A stretch of DNA of 64,000 bases from Setoptus koraiensis (lineage: Eukaryota > Animalia > Arthropoda): assembly GCA_048013815.1 (NCBI GenBank), contig CM106586.1:248001-312000 (forward strand), written 5' to 3'. Under the pieces are notes generated by a model. It was not told the origin of the DNA. It saw only the letters and a list, made by a program, of their open reading frames with translations, and did no database searches. Both the position numbers and the translations under genes were made by a program. This document shows, one piece after another, positions 13,520 through 24,916 of this stretch; position 1 is the stretch's first letter; every line of letters begins with the position of its first letter.

Positions 13520-13965
13520 CCCGTGTTCAGAACATTGATAATTTCTCTTATGGATTTCATTTCTCTATTTATCTTGCCAGTCATTGACACGGTTGCATAT
13601 GTTGAGACATACATTGCAGATAATGCAAGTGTTACAGCAGAGATAGCACCACTGTCACGACTTGATCTATAGAGGGAGTTGCTTATTGCTTGAAGTGGTA
13701 TGATGATATTGTGTTCAAAGCTGATTACACGTTTAACTAATGTTTCGTCGATGTATGCAACACATGTTAGATTTTGGAAGCTTTTGGGACATGGGTTAAG
13801 GAAGGAGAACTTGATTTCATAATCGGTATTACCGTCTACCAGAATAATTGGCGTTCTTCTCCATATTACACTGTCTTCGTGATGAGAGGATCCTGTAGTT
13901 GGGTTGACCATGGTGGACAATGCCAGCGTAAGGACGATGTTTTTTCGGCGTGGATAGCAGGCCTT
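13520..13965 (-). pseudogene. Orphan N-terminal fragment of an env-like fusion glycoprotein
   Basis: RRKNIVLTLALSTMV (signal-like), SVIWR, FLNPC, FEHNIIIPLQAI, RSSR followed by a hydrophobic peptide and a heptad; motifs are colinear with the two env proteins at 46.9 and 53.6 kb; cut off by a 60-bp repeat. Confidence 0.7.
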
Positions 13966-14535
13966 TTAAGCCCATCATGTTTCGTGCACTTTTGGTTTTA
14001 ATATTATAGTTAGAATATCAGCTCTTTGTAATTGTGTTGGTGCGTATTCAATATTAAACTGTTTTTGAGAATGTTTCTGATGAATGTATTTATATTTTTT
14101 ATCGATATGTTTCGATCTTGCTCTATACCGATTCAATTAGACGTAGGGTAGCCTGGTTATCAATGAGTAGTCTTGCCCAAGTAGTCAAGTTTAATTCACT
14201 TAGAAGACTCTCTACCCATGCGTGTACTTTTGCTGCATGATTTGCTGCCACAAATTCCGCCTCTGTGAATGATTGAGCAATTATAGACTGTATCTCACTC
14301 TTGAATAGTATTGGACCACCACGTAGCTCAATTAGGATACCACTGGTTGACTTGCGTGTTATAATATCACTATCCCAATCTCGGTCACAATACGCATTAA
14401 ACTCGGGCTCATTATGTTTCTATTGTGTAAACAACAAACCGGCTGACATAGCACCCTTCAGATATCTTGCCACCGACAAGGCCGCAGTCCAATGTTTATG
14501 TTTTGAATCAGTGTTGAACCTCGATAGTAAACTTA

Positions 14536-16479
14536 CAGGGTGTTTGAACTGACCTGATATGTAAGCACTGTGGAAGGTACGTGCCTTCCACAGTGCATTT
14601 TTCAAAGCACTGCGGAAGGCATATAGCACAGCACATCGCACACGGGTATTTATTTTTCTTGCGCAACTATTTTCTCTCTCTCTGTGCACTGCGCCAAGCC
14701 ATTCTTGCGCAACAGCATGCCTTTCGCTTCTCTGGACTGTTGCACTTCCGTTTTAAGCCTCGGCCACACCCTAGTTTCTCCTTCATTCGTTCTTTGTCTT
14801 CGATTATTATACAGCTATTATTACTATTATAATTATCAATTAAAATAAAGAACATTATTGATCAAAATTAATTCATAAGAAAGAAAAAATCATGGCAGCA
14901 TTTATCAATCTATTTATCACCGTCGCTCTCATCATATTTGCGACTGCAGATGGTACAGAGCGCTGGACCAGACCGCAGAAGGCCGAAATGATGTGGGATT
15001 GAGCGAGAGTCAAAGAATACAAAACCTTGCAGACTCTGTACATACAAAAGAAGAATGCCGGTTTAATAGATTAAGGCCTACCGGACTATCAAACTCTGCA
15101 CCGAATTAAAAACAAATTTCTCACCTTCGGCACTTTCGACGATCGTCGCAAAGGAGTGAATTGCGAAATAGAAGCCTCAAAGATTGCTGCAATTAAAGAG
15201 CTGACCAAAGGTGGACTGTACCCATCAAGCATCCGCAAAATCGCCGCTCATCCGTCTGTCAACCTGACTATTTATATGACGCACAAGATGCTGCGAAGAT
15301 GTTTGAAGATGAAGCCATACCGTCCCAGAACACTGCAATACTTGAATGATAAGCAGCAAGAGCGGTTAGAATTTGCAAACAAAATTATTCAACTCGCTGG
15401 AGGGCGAGCCAGTCTCAATCATGATTATTTCAAGAATATAATATTTACCGATGAATCTTGGTTCAGCACGGACGGCTCTATCAACAAGCAGAACACTGTA
15501 TTCTGGTCTCCATCGAACCCAATGCAGGTCTATGAGCGCGAGATGCATGCAGATAAAGTCATGGTCATAGCTTCCATTGGCTTTGACTACAAGAAAGGAC
15601 CATTCTTTTTCAATGGTAGTGTGACTTCTCAAAGTTATCAGGATATGCTCGACGCGCACCTCTTCTCTGACCCATATATTATTAACGGCTTTGCTCAGAA
15701 GAGGCTTATCTTCATGCAGGATGGGGCTGGTCCGCATACATCTCTTTTGAACAGAGAGTACTTGAATGAGAAAACCGGCGGCCGTTGGCTCGGCAAGTAT
15801 CCGCCCTATCTGTGGTGGCCACCATATTCGCCAGACTTAACACCTATGGATTTCTACTTCTGGGGCGTTCTTAAATCAAAAGTTTACACGCATGATAGAC
15901 CATTTCGCGGTAAACTTGATCTGCTGAAGAGAGTAATCATTGAAGAATTCAACACCATGGACCAATTCGAAATCAATAAAGCTTGTGTCAGCGGGTTTGT
16001 CGACCGGATTGTCGAAGTTATACAAAACGAAGGTGGACACATCGCTCATGATGTGGAGAATCGAAGAACCGATCCAGAAGATTATCTCTACCTAGACCCA
16101 ATAGAGAGCCTCAGGATGGGACTGAACACGATCTCGCTGAGCGATGACCCGCCTGAGGAAATAGAATGTGACGATGACGATGATGATTTCGAAGTAATGC
16201 TGAAGAGGCAAGTAAACATTGAAGTCTTCCACAGAATCTCAGAGCTTTTAGAAAAATTCGACAAAGAAGAAGCGAAGCGATTCAACAAATATAGTAATTC
16301 TTCTGTCATTAATTAATATTAATTATTAATATTTTCAATGTAAAAGAGCCCCAATAAATGCACGAAGATGAGCACAGTGACAGTGCGCTCGTCGTGCAAG
16401 CGCGCAAGCGTGCGCGCCCGCATACCCCCTCTGTGCGAAAATTTCTGAGCCAACATATCACATCAGTTCAGACACCCTG
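14536..16479 (+). mobile_element. Tc1/mariner (rosa-like) DNA transposon, full length
   Basis: TA|CAGGGTGTTTGAACTGACCTGATATG ... CATATCACATCAGTTCAGACACCCTG|TA imperfect TIRs with TA duplication. Confidence 0.9.
14892..16316 (+). pseudogene. rosa-like DD42D transposase, 474 codons, two in-frame stops in the N-terminal part
   Basis: FTDES, FMQDGAGPH and WPPYSPDLTPMDFYFWG motifs; the frame extends from ATG 14892 through TGA 15000-15002 and TAA 15072-15074 into the tracked ORF 15156-16316. Confidence 0.9.
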
Positions 16480-18534
16480 TACATCAAACACGATGTCTGG
16501 GCGTGTGAGACATGCAAGATAGTTGATCGCTCCTGTGAGGCTACTGTATGGTTTAGATGTTGGTTTATCATCTGAGCATTCTGTGAGCAAATGATTCGCA
16601 TCGATCTATAGAGTTGTCGTTATTTTACCGTTTGCCATGTCAATCTTCGGTTGTTGTAACGATGAAGTCCCCACTCAGATCTTGATGAAACTTTCGGTAT
16701 GAGTCTATTATGACCCCAATAAGTCGAAAAAGTTAGTCTGGAAGTGCGAAAACTTCCGGTTCCGGTTTTACCTGAAGTTGAAGCCAGAGCTCTGAAATTC
16801 ACACGAGAGGCGATCCAGGCTATGCTGAACACGATGACACAATTTCCAGCTCTGTGCTACTTCCGGTTTTCTAGTTATAAGGATATTACTAGGGTTAAAA
16901 GACCAGAAGTGACAAAATTACTGCATCGCTGCACTCAGGTACGATCGCGAACATCGATTTAGAGACACGAGGGGGCAGCAGCGCATTTTTCCCTGCGCAG
17001 AACAGAGCGCGAATTTGAATTAGAAAAAGTGGTTATTCTATACAAGAGCGCCACACTTTTTTCGAGGTATTATGGGTATTTTCGGGTAGGATATTGTACC
17101 CTGATACCGCAATGGGTATTCTGGAAGTGCGGAAATTCCTCGTTCCCGAGATGACCGAGGTACCGCTCAGTGGGCGTTTCACAGTACCCGACAGCCGCTT
17201 GGGGATTTGCAGGTATTTTTTCGAGGTAATTTTTGGTACCTTGATGAGGTCGCATGAGGTTTTTTGGATAGACGAGTATCGTTGGAATATGGATGCGAGA
17301 GATGCATAGATGTTCAACTCCGACATGTTATCACATACTCAGAGACTCAAATCTCCATAGAGTGAACATGTGTAATGTTTAGATACTTTAACATGGTAAT
17401 CGAGAGACTCAAATCTCCATAGGGTTAACATGTGTAATGTTTAGATACTTTAACACGGGAATCGAGAGACTCAAATCTCCATAAGGTTAACATGTGTAAT
17501 GATTAGATACTTTAACGGATTTAGTACAATGAAACGCTTAAATGTTGACTTTTAGAATCTAGCACACGTAAAGCCAGGAGGCGGAGTCATTAGTAAACAA
17601 TTATACAGTGAAGGCTGAGAGACTAACTAGTAAAAATTAGCATGCGATAATGCTAGCTGTTCACAAATTGAATTTAGCACAAGGGAAGCTAGGAGTGCAA
17701 AAGCTAGACGGATTTAGTACGATGAAACGCTTAAATGTTGACTTTTAGAAACTAGCACACGTGAAGCTAGAAGGCAGAGTTATGAGAGGACAAATATACA
17801 GTAGAAGCTGAAACGCTAACTGGTAGAAATAAGCATGCGATAATGATATCTATTTACAAATTTGACTCATCAACACAAAGAAATAGCACACCGCACACAG
17901 GTCGTGCGCTTTATTACAGAGTGCGCCATTGCTGACTTTTTGTGTCTCGAAAAATCATTTATTGTGACTATTCACCAAATTTTGTACGCAAGCAGTCAAC
18001 ATGTGTATTTAGCCATATTGAAAATCTGAGACATTTTGATTTATTTTGTTACCCTCTACAGCTGCTTCGATCAGACCAAACGGCTCATTCTCATAGCACA
18101 CCGCACACAGGTCGCGCGCTATAACACATAGTGCACCATCGCTGACTTTTTGTGTCTCGTAAAATTATTTATTGTGACTAAATCGGGTATTATAAATTCA
18201 CCAAATTTAGTACGCAAGCAGTCAACATGTGTATCTTGCTATAGTGCAAATTTGAGACACGTAGATCTTCTCTCCCAAATCTCGCGGACTCGCTTCAAAT
18301 AGCTCATTCACACATTGAAGTAGCAAACAACATAGATTGTGCATCTTACAGCACATACTGTGCCATCGCCCCTCGGTGTATCTATCTAGATAGTTATCTC
18401 CGACATGTCATTACATACTCGCTTCTATATTCTTATCATACTTGTCCATCCAAAAAATTAAGCGCTCGAGATACTGACATAATCAGTATCACTTGTTTTC
18501 TGATGTTGTCGCATCGATGGTTGAAACGAGAATG

Positions 18535-18650
18535 AAGAGCGAACCGAGAACCAAGAGAACCGTGAGAACCAAGAGAACCTAGAGAACCGAGAGAACCGAG
18601 AGAACCGTGAGAACCAAGAGAACCTAGAGAACCAAGAGAACCGAGGGAGA
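18535..18650 (+). repeat. 9-bp minisatellite (GAGAACCNA/G)n
   Basis: Directly visible tandem AGAACC-containing 9-mers. Confidence 0.85.
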
Positions 18651-18929
18651 GAGAAAGCGGAGCAGATGGTCAAGCAGGCGAATGTTTATTCTAAAATTCG
18701 AACCAATTCCGGCTCCCAATACCGCAGACCGCGCGCGAAAACCGCGCGCCGGAACCGCGCAGCCAATTGCGGTACTGGGAGCCACACAGAATTGTGTTGC
18801 ACAGCTGCAACAGCTGCACGTAAGCGCAGCTGCTATGTTGAACATGCGCAGTAACGGCACAACCTTTGTAATCTTTGTATTCTGCGCTACTATGAAAAGC
18901 CGTGCACAACAATTTAATAAACAGTTCTA

Positions 18930-19789
18930 GGGTGTTCTTTCGATTAGGTCCCCACTCAGAATTTAATAAAACTTCACACACTGGCCGCGTAGGGGCTTCA
19001 CATCATGAATTATGTGGTCCGGAAGTGCGGAAACTTCCGGTTCCGGATATACGAAAGTGCTGAGATAGAGCTCTAAAAATTCAGAATTAGGCAGATGACA
19101 ACTAGCATGGCAACATGAAATCAAAATTGATTCTCTATCACTTCCGGTTTGTGAGATATCACGGTTTATTCAATTATGAGGTGCGGCCTGCTCTGTGTGG
19201 TTGCGGTCAGCGGACCTATTCTGTGCCAAGAGTGACCCACACCATGTATTGGCTCATGTTTCAGTCAGTGCATCTCAGTATTCTTCTTATTCTTGCCAAT
19301 GATGGTCCCTACATCCTTGCACGGATTACAGTCATTTGAGCGGAGGGCTGAGGGCGAAGCCCGAAACCCGAAGCGCTCATCAACCCTACCCGAAGGGTTC
19401 CCGTCGCACGCAGTCGTCGCGGGAGCGATGACGGAGATGTGACGGCCTCCAGAATACGAGGCCGCAGGCCGAGTTCTCAGACCCACCGCATGTTCATCCC
19501 TGAGTGCAGCAAGGCAATGATTTGGTCACTTCCGGTCCTCAAACCCTATCAATATTACTATATCTAGAAAACCGGAAGTCGCACAGAGGTGAAAATTGTA
19601 TCATCGTGTTCAGCGTAGCCTGAAACGTCTATCCAGTGAATTTCAGAGCTCTAGCTTCAACTTTATGTAAAACAGGAACCGGAAGTTTCCGCACTTCCGG
19701 ACTACTTTTCCCGCTCTATTGGGGTCAAGGGGGACCCGCACCAGAAGTTTCATCAAGATCTGAGTGGGGACCTAATCGAAAGAACAACC
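18930..19789 (-). mobile_element. Merlin-type MITE, family 1, complete
   Basis: GGGTGTTCTTTCGATTAGG...CCTAATCGAAAGAACAACC; 8-bp TSD CAGTTCTA. Confidence 0.9.
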
Positions 19790-19965
19790 CAGTTCTATAC
19801 ACGAATCTTTACATTGAGGTTCTGCCCAAGTTCGAAACTCGACGAAAAAGTTAAGATTAAGTGCGATACAACGAATATCATCAATAGAACTACAGAGAAA
19901 AATACAAGTTAAGTGATTAGAAGAAAAACTTCAAAAGTAACGTCCAGTAACAACAAATTTCTGAA

Positions 19966-22836
19966 ATGTTTCGTACTTCCAATCCTAATACCGCGCCAAA
20001 GAAGATCGGCGATGAAACAGAAGAATACGACCCGAGTACGGGTGACAAATTTGCGGCATCAAATGGAACCGTGATCGTTGATGCTCGAGACCCTGTCTTC
20101 GTAAGACCACAGGATATGATGGTTAGAATGATCATGGTTCCCGAAAAGTTCGGCGGGACACCTAGCCAAGCATGCCAATGGTGGGGTGCTCTGTCAACGA
20201 ATGGGGACCGATCGTGTCATGCAAGCGACTACCGGCTTATCTTGAAAAATCGGCGAGAAATTGGATTATCAATGACGTCGCCGATACTCCAAGCGCTACT
20301 GACTTTGAACTTTTGGAAGAAGCGTTCGTGGAACATAAGATTCCACGAAGACAAAAACATGAGGTCAGAAAAGAGCTCGCAACCAAACGACAACTGGAAA
20401 AAGTTGAACAAATTATGTACGGATTATAATCCGAAGATGTCTGAGGAAGGCAGAATCGATCGCATCATCGATTAATTGCTTCCACATTTCTTTCCTCATA
20501 TTGTTGAGGAGGATTTTTAAACTGTCAAGGACTTAAAACGCAAAGCAGTGAGGCTCGAAGAAGGAATACAGCGAAAAAACGTTGACACGGCTGTTGCGAG
20601 TATCATTCGTAAAACAGTTAATAATAAAAAGTACGGCAAGTCAGAAGGTAGGACTACACATAAGATCGTATGCTATAATTGCAATGGTACAGGCCATATC
20701 AGCAAAGATTGTCCTTCTGAGAGAAAGAAGAGTAGTAAAACCGATGATTCATCGTCTGTACCTAGAGAGATTGACAAAAGCAAAATTACATGCTATGGAT
20801 GTAATCAGACGGGGCACTACAAATCAGAGTGCCGCGTCAAGCCCACTGAGGAGAGGCCGAAAAATGAAACTGAGGTGAAGAGACCAGCAGTTACTTCAAT
20901 CCTGCCTGTCATTCAACCAAAGATGCCGATGGAAAGTTGGAGGCATGGTAGATAGTGGTGCTGCCATCGCGGTTATTCACGAAAGTTTGGCAAATGACTT
21001 GGGTTTGATCATCGTCCAAGACGAAACACCTAGGACGGCTACGGCGGGAAGAAGCGATATGAGCGTTGTTGGAGTAACGTCAGTGAGTCTCGCTATCATC
21101 ATTGACAACACGGAAAAATCGTGTACATGGACTTTGTTGGTAGCAAAGCACATACCGCGCGATCTAATTCTCGGCTACGACATCCTCAGCAAACTGGGCG
21201 TGGTTGCCAAATTCGGCTCAAGCAAGCTTGAGTTCGAAACTGTCGTAAAGAAATATCAAAATGGTGGTGTCTTTTTAAGCGTGCCAACCAAAATTGGAGG
21301 CTACAGCTCGGTCGAAGCAGTAGTAGATTTGGCTGGCGTAGAGAATGAACAAAAAGTATTATTCAAGACGTTCAATAGGGAAGATAAACTGTTAACGCCG
21401 TATGGTATAACAGACGGAAGTAAAGCAAAAATCATACTCACCAACGCCTCAGCGGCCCCAATAGGGCTAAACGAAGGGGAGCGTGTCGGATCTTGGGAAG
21501 ATCACGATGATCACCAGCATCAATACAATGGTGCCATTAGATGAGGAAAATTTAATTGAAGTAGGCGATGATCTTGATCAAGCGCAAACAAATGAGATAT
21601 TGGCTTTGCTTCACGAATACAACGACATTCTAGGTATAAATGGCAAATTGGGCCATACCGACCTAGTAAAGCACTTCATCGAATTAGAGAGCGAAAAGCC
21701 TGTAAAGGTACCACTTAGACGCTATTCTGACAATGAAAAACAGGAAATACGATCGCAAACCAAAGCCATGCTGGAACAAGGCGTTATAACTGGATCGAGA
21801 AGCGCCTACAGTCCTAGTACCGAATAAAGATGGTGGACTTCGATTTTGTTTCGACTACCGTCAGTAAATAAGATCACCCGAAAATGGCCCTTTCCCTGTT
21901 ATTGATATGAATTCGGGCTTCTGGCAGATTGAAGTCGAAGAGAAGCATCGTTACATTACTGCTTTTGCCACACCAGAAGGCCATTATGAGTTTGAGAGAA
22001 TGCCGTTTGGAATGTGCAACGCAGTCAGCACATTTCAGAAAATGGCAGATTCGCTCTTCTGTGGGCTCAAGGGTATAAACTGCATAATATACTTAGATGA
22101 TGCTGCTAATGCCAGTAGCAGCTGGGCCGAACACATAGCCACGTCGAAGGATGTGTTCACACGCTTCAGAGAAGCTGGCCTCACAATAAAATTGTCCAAA
22201 AGTAAGTTTGGAATGAAAGAAATAGATCGGTTGGGACATCATATTAGTGCAGCTGGTTTTAGCCCAATGACCAATAAAATGGAGGCGATAAAGAACATGC
22301 CTTCCCCTCAAAACATTAGCGACATACGGCGTTTCGTGGGAATGTGTTCGTATTATAGAAGATTCGTCCCAAATTTTGCTACCATTTGTGGCCCGCTCTC
22401 AGAGATCACCAAAAAGAACGCCACATGGAGATGGACGGAGTTAGAGGAACACGCACTTGAAGAGATGAAACGGCAACTTATGTCAGATAAATGTGTCGCA
22501 CATTTTAATAGAAGTTTGACTGTTCTATTGAAAGTCGACGCAAGTCGATCTGGCATAGGGGCCATTTTGCTACAAAAGGTAGGCGATTCAGATAAGATGG
22601 TAGCTCGTGTGAGCCGTCGACTGTCCGACTGCGAGAGCCGCTATCCTGTTACAGAACTGGAGGCTTTGTCACTGGTTTTCGCAGTACAGAAATTCCGTCC
22701 TCATTTATATGGTCGTTAAGTGACAGTCCTAACGGACCATTGCGCTTTATGTGCCATCAATCACAAGGTCACTCTCTCACGGAGAATAGCACAATGGCCT
22801 ATTATTCTATCAGAGTTTGACTTAGAGATTAAATAC
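19966..22836 (+). pseudogene. Decayed Ty3/gypsy gag-pol (gag, 2 CCHC knuckles, protease, RT, RNase H), truncated
   Basis: CYNCNGTGHISKDC and CYGCNQTGHYKSEC; VDSGA protease; MPFGMCNAVSTFQ and YLDD in RT; VDAS and ELEAL in RNase H; several frameshifts and stops; ends at a Merlin TIR. Confidence 0.92.
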
Positions 22837-23892
22837 GGGGCTTGTTCGGAAAGACGACACACCCCAATTTGGGTATTTTGGGTATTTTTGGGTAGGGTAT
22901 AGTACCCTGATACCCGAATGGGTATTCCGGAAGTGCGGAAATTCTTCGTTACCGAGATACCCGGGGTACCGCATTGTGGGTATTTCAGGGTATTTGAGGG
23001 CATATCGACGATACAATCGGTCGTACCCACCCGCACGGACATCGGGTAGGGTACTGAGGTCTCCACACCGAGGGTAGATCATTCCTATGAGCCACAGGAA
23101 ATGAATAAAAGCGGTCAAACTGAAGAGGCGTGGCTTGTGCGCGCGGCGCGGAGTGCAACTGCGCCCGCAGATAGTCAGACCACCCACCGAGTCCTAGCGC
23201 GTGCACAATTACTTTTTGCTACCAGTTGCGCGTACTTATTCACGTGTGGACCAGATTCACGTACAGCACACGATCAGCTGTAGTGTGTGCTTGTGCACTA
23301 TGGAAGGCATAGCACACGCTACAGCTGATCGCTCAATGTTGACTAGCGAGGCCAATCAATAGCTATCCTCCCACTCCTACTGTAGCTCAATCACTCAAGC
23401 GCGCACTAATAACTCACACACTAACTCTTTCTTACCCGACAATTAAAACTCCGCATACCCGATAGCGGGTCGACCCAATCTATAAAAAAAAAAATAAACC
23501 CAAAAAGTCATTATAATGACTGATCCACTATCAGGTATGTGGAGTCAAGCTCGACTGTATCGAGAGGCCAGTCTCTCGAACAAGAAAGCTTGCATTGAAT
23601 GGTGTCAGCGAGTAGGCTTGATTCCTTCAATTAAAATGTGCCGAATACACCGGACTCCGTTCCAGCTGGTTGAACAAACACACTTACGGGTATTCGGCCA
23701 TGGTTGGTACTGCAGTAAGTGTCGGAAGAGGGTGGCACTCGGAGTTGGTACTCCATTCGAAAGTTGCCATTCCGACATTGGGCAAGTACTGATGATCGGC
23801 ATGTGCTTCGCAGAGTTAAATACATTAGTGGGGCAGACTCCGCAGATGTTGACTGCCTGTCGAGAGCTGCCGCTAATGGCCTACAAAAAATA
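22837..23892 (+). mobile_element. 5' portion of a transposase-bearing Merlin element
   Basis: GGGGCTTGTTCGGAAAGACGACAC TIR plus a ~230-bp arm matching the end of the MITE at 51198-52053, followed by a Merlin-like ORF. Confidence 0.7.
23516..23892 (+). pseudogene. Merlin/IS1595-like transposase N-terminus (zinc-ribbon region), interrupted
   Basis: CIEWCQRVGLIP..C..H...WYCSKCRKRVALGVGTPFES pattern typical of Merlin/IS1595 N-termini; no DDE part visible; the rest of the tracked ORF is read-through into the inserted element. Confidence 0.7.
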
Positions 23893-24199
23893 TAGGGTGT
23901 CTCAATCAAGCGCCCAGGGTTGTACAGATTATGCTACGCTACCTTCCACAGTGCATTTCTCAGAATGCACTGTGGAAGCTACGCAAGCACAGAGTGTGCA
24001 CAAGCACACAGTGCGCATGCAGCAGCGGCAGTTTGTGTGTGCGGGGAGTGCGGGGAGTGCGGTGTGTGCGGTGTGTGCGGTGTGTGCGGGAGTGCGGGAG
24101 TACGGCGTGTGCGGGGAGTGCGGGGAGTGCGGCGTGCGGCGTGTACCGGAAGCTCCCCAACAACCCTTCCACACTTTTAAAATAATAAATTTATAAATT

Positions 24200-24217
24200 A
24201 ATAAATTAATAAATTTA

Positions 24218-24284
<67 letters not shown>

Positions 24285-24790
24285 CAACAATAACAACAGC
24301 AATAGTAACAACAGCGACAACGGCAACTGCAGCAGCAGCACCACCACCACCACCAACCGCAGCACCACCACCAACCGCAGCAACACCAGCACCAACTGCA
24401 GCAACACCAACTGCAGCAGCAGCACCACCACCAACTGCACCAACTGCAGCAACACCAACTGCACCAACTGCAGCAACACCACCACCAACTTCAGCAACAC
24501 CAACTGCACCAACACCACCAGCACCAACAACAATTGCAACAATTGCAACAACAAAAAATTGGAAAATGGTAAGTTCTAGTCTGCCTGTGCGTGTGCCTGT
24601 GCGTGTGCGTGTGCGTGTGCCTGTGCGTGTGCCTGTGCGTGTGCCTGTGCGTGTGGAGGGGAGTATCAGGAGGGGAGTATCAGGAGGGGAGTAACGGGAG
24701 GGTAGTATCAGGAGGGGAGTAACGGGAGGGTAGTATCAGGAGGGGAGTAACGGGGAGTGGTATCGGGAGGGGAGAATTCGGAGAGAGAAT
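24200..24790 (+). repeat. Simple-repeat block: (AAAAC)n, (CAN)n, (GTGCGT/GTGCCT)n, (GGGGAGTATCAGGA)n
   Basis: Directly visible. Confidence 0.92.
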
Positions 24791-24916
24791 CGCCTATTCG
24801 CTTGCATGTTCTATCGAGTCTTCGGGTATTCGCGTGCATGTTCTATCGGGTATTCGGGTGCGTATAAATTTCTTCGAGGATTTATTTTCTGTGATTGAAT
24901 GTTTCTTTGAGGACGC

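Noticed and set aside
24198-24554. Poly-Leu/Val membrane-protein-like ORF
   Set aside because: Reverse translation of (CAN)n and (AAAAC)n microsatellites.
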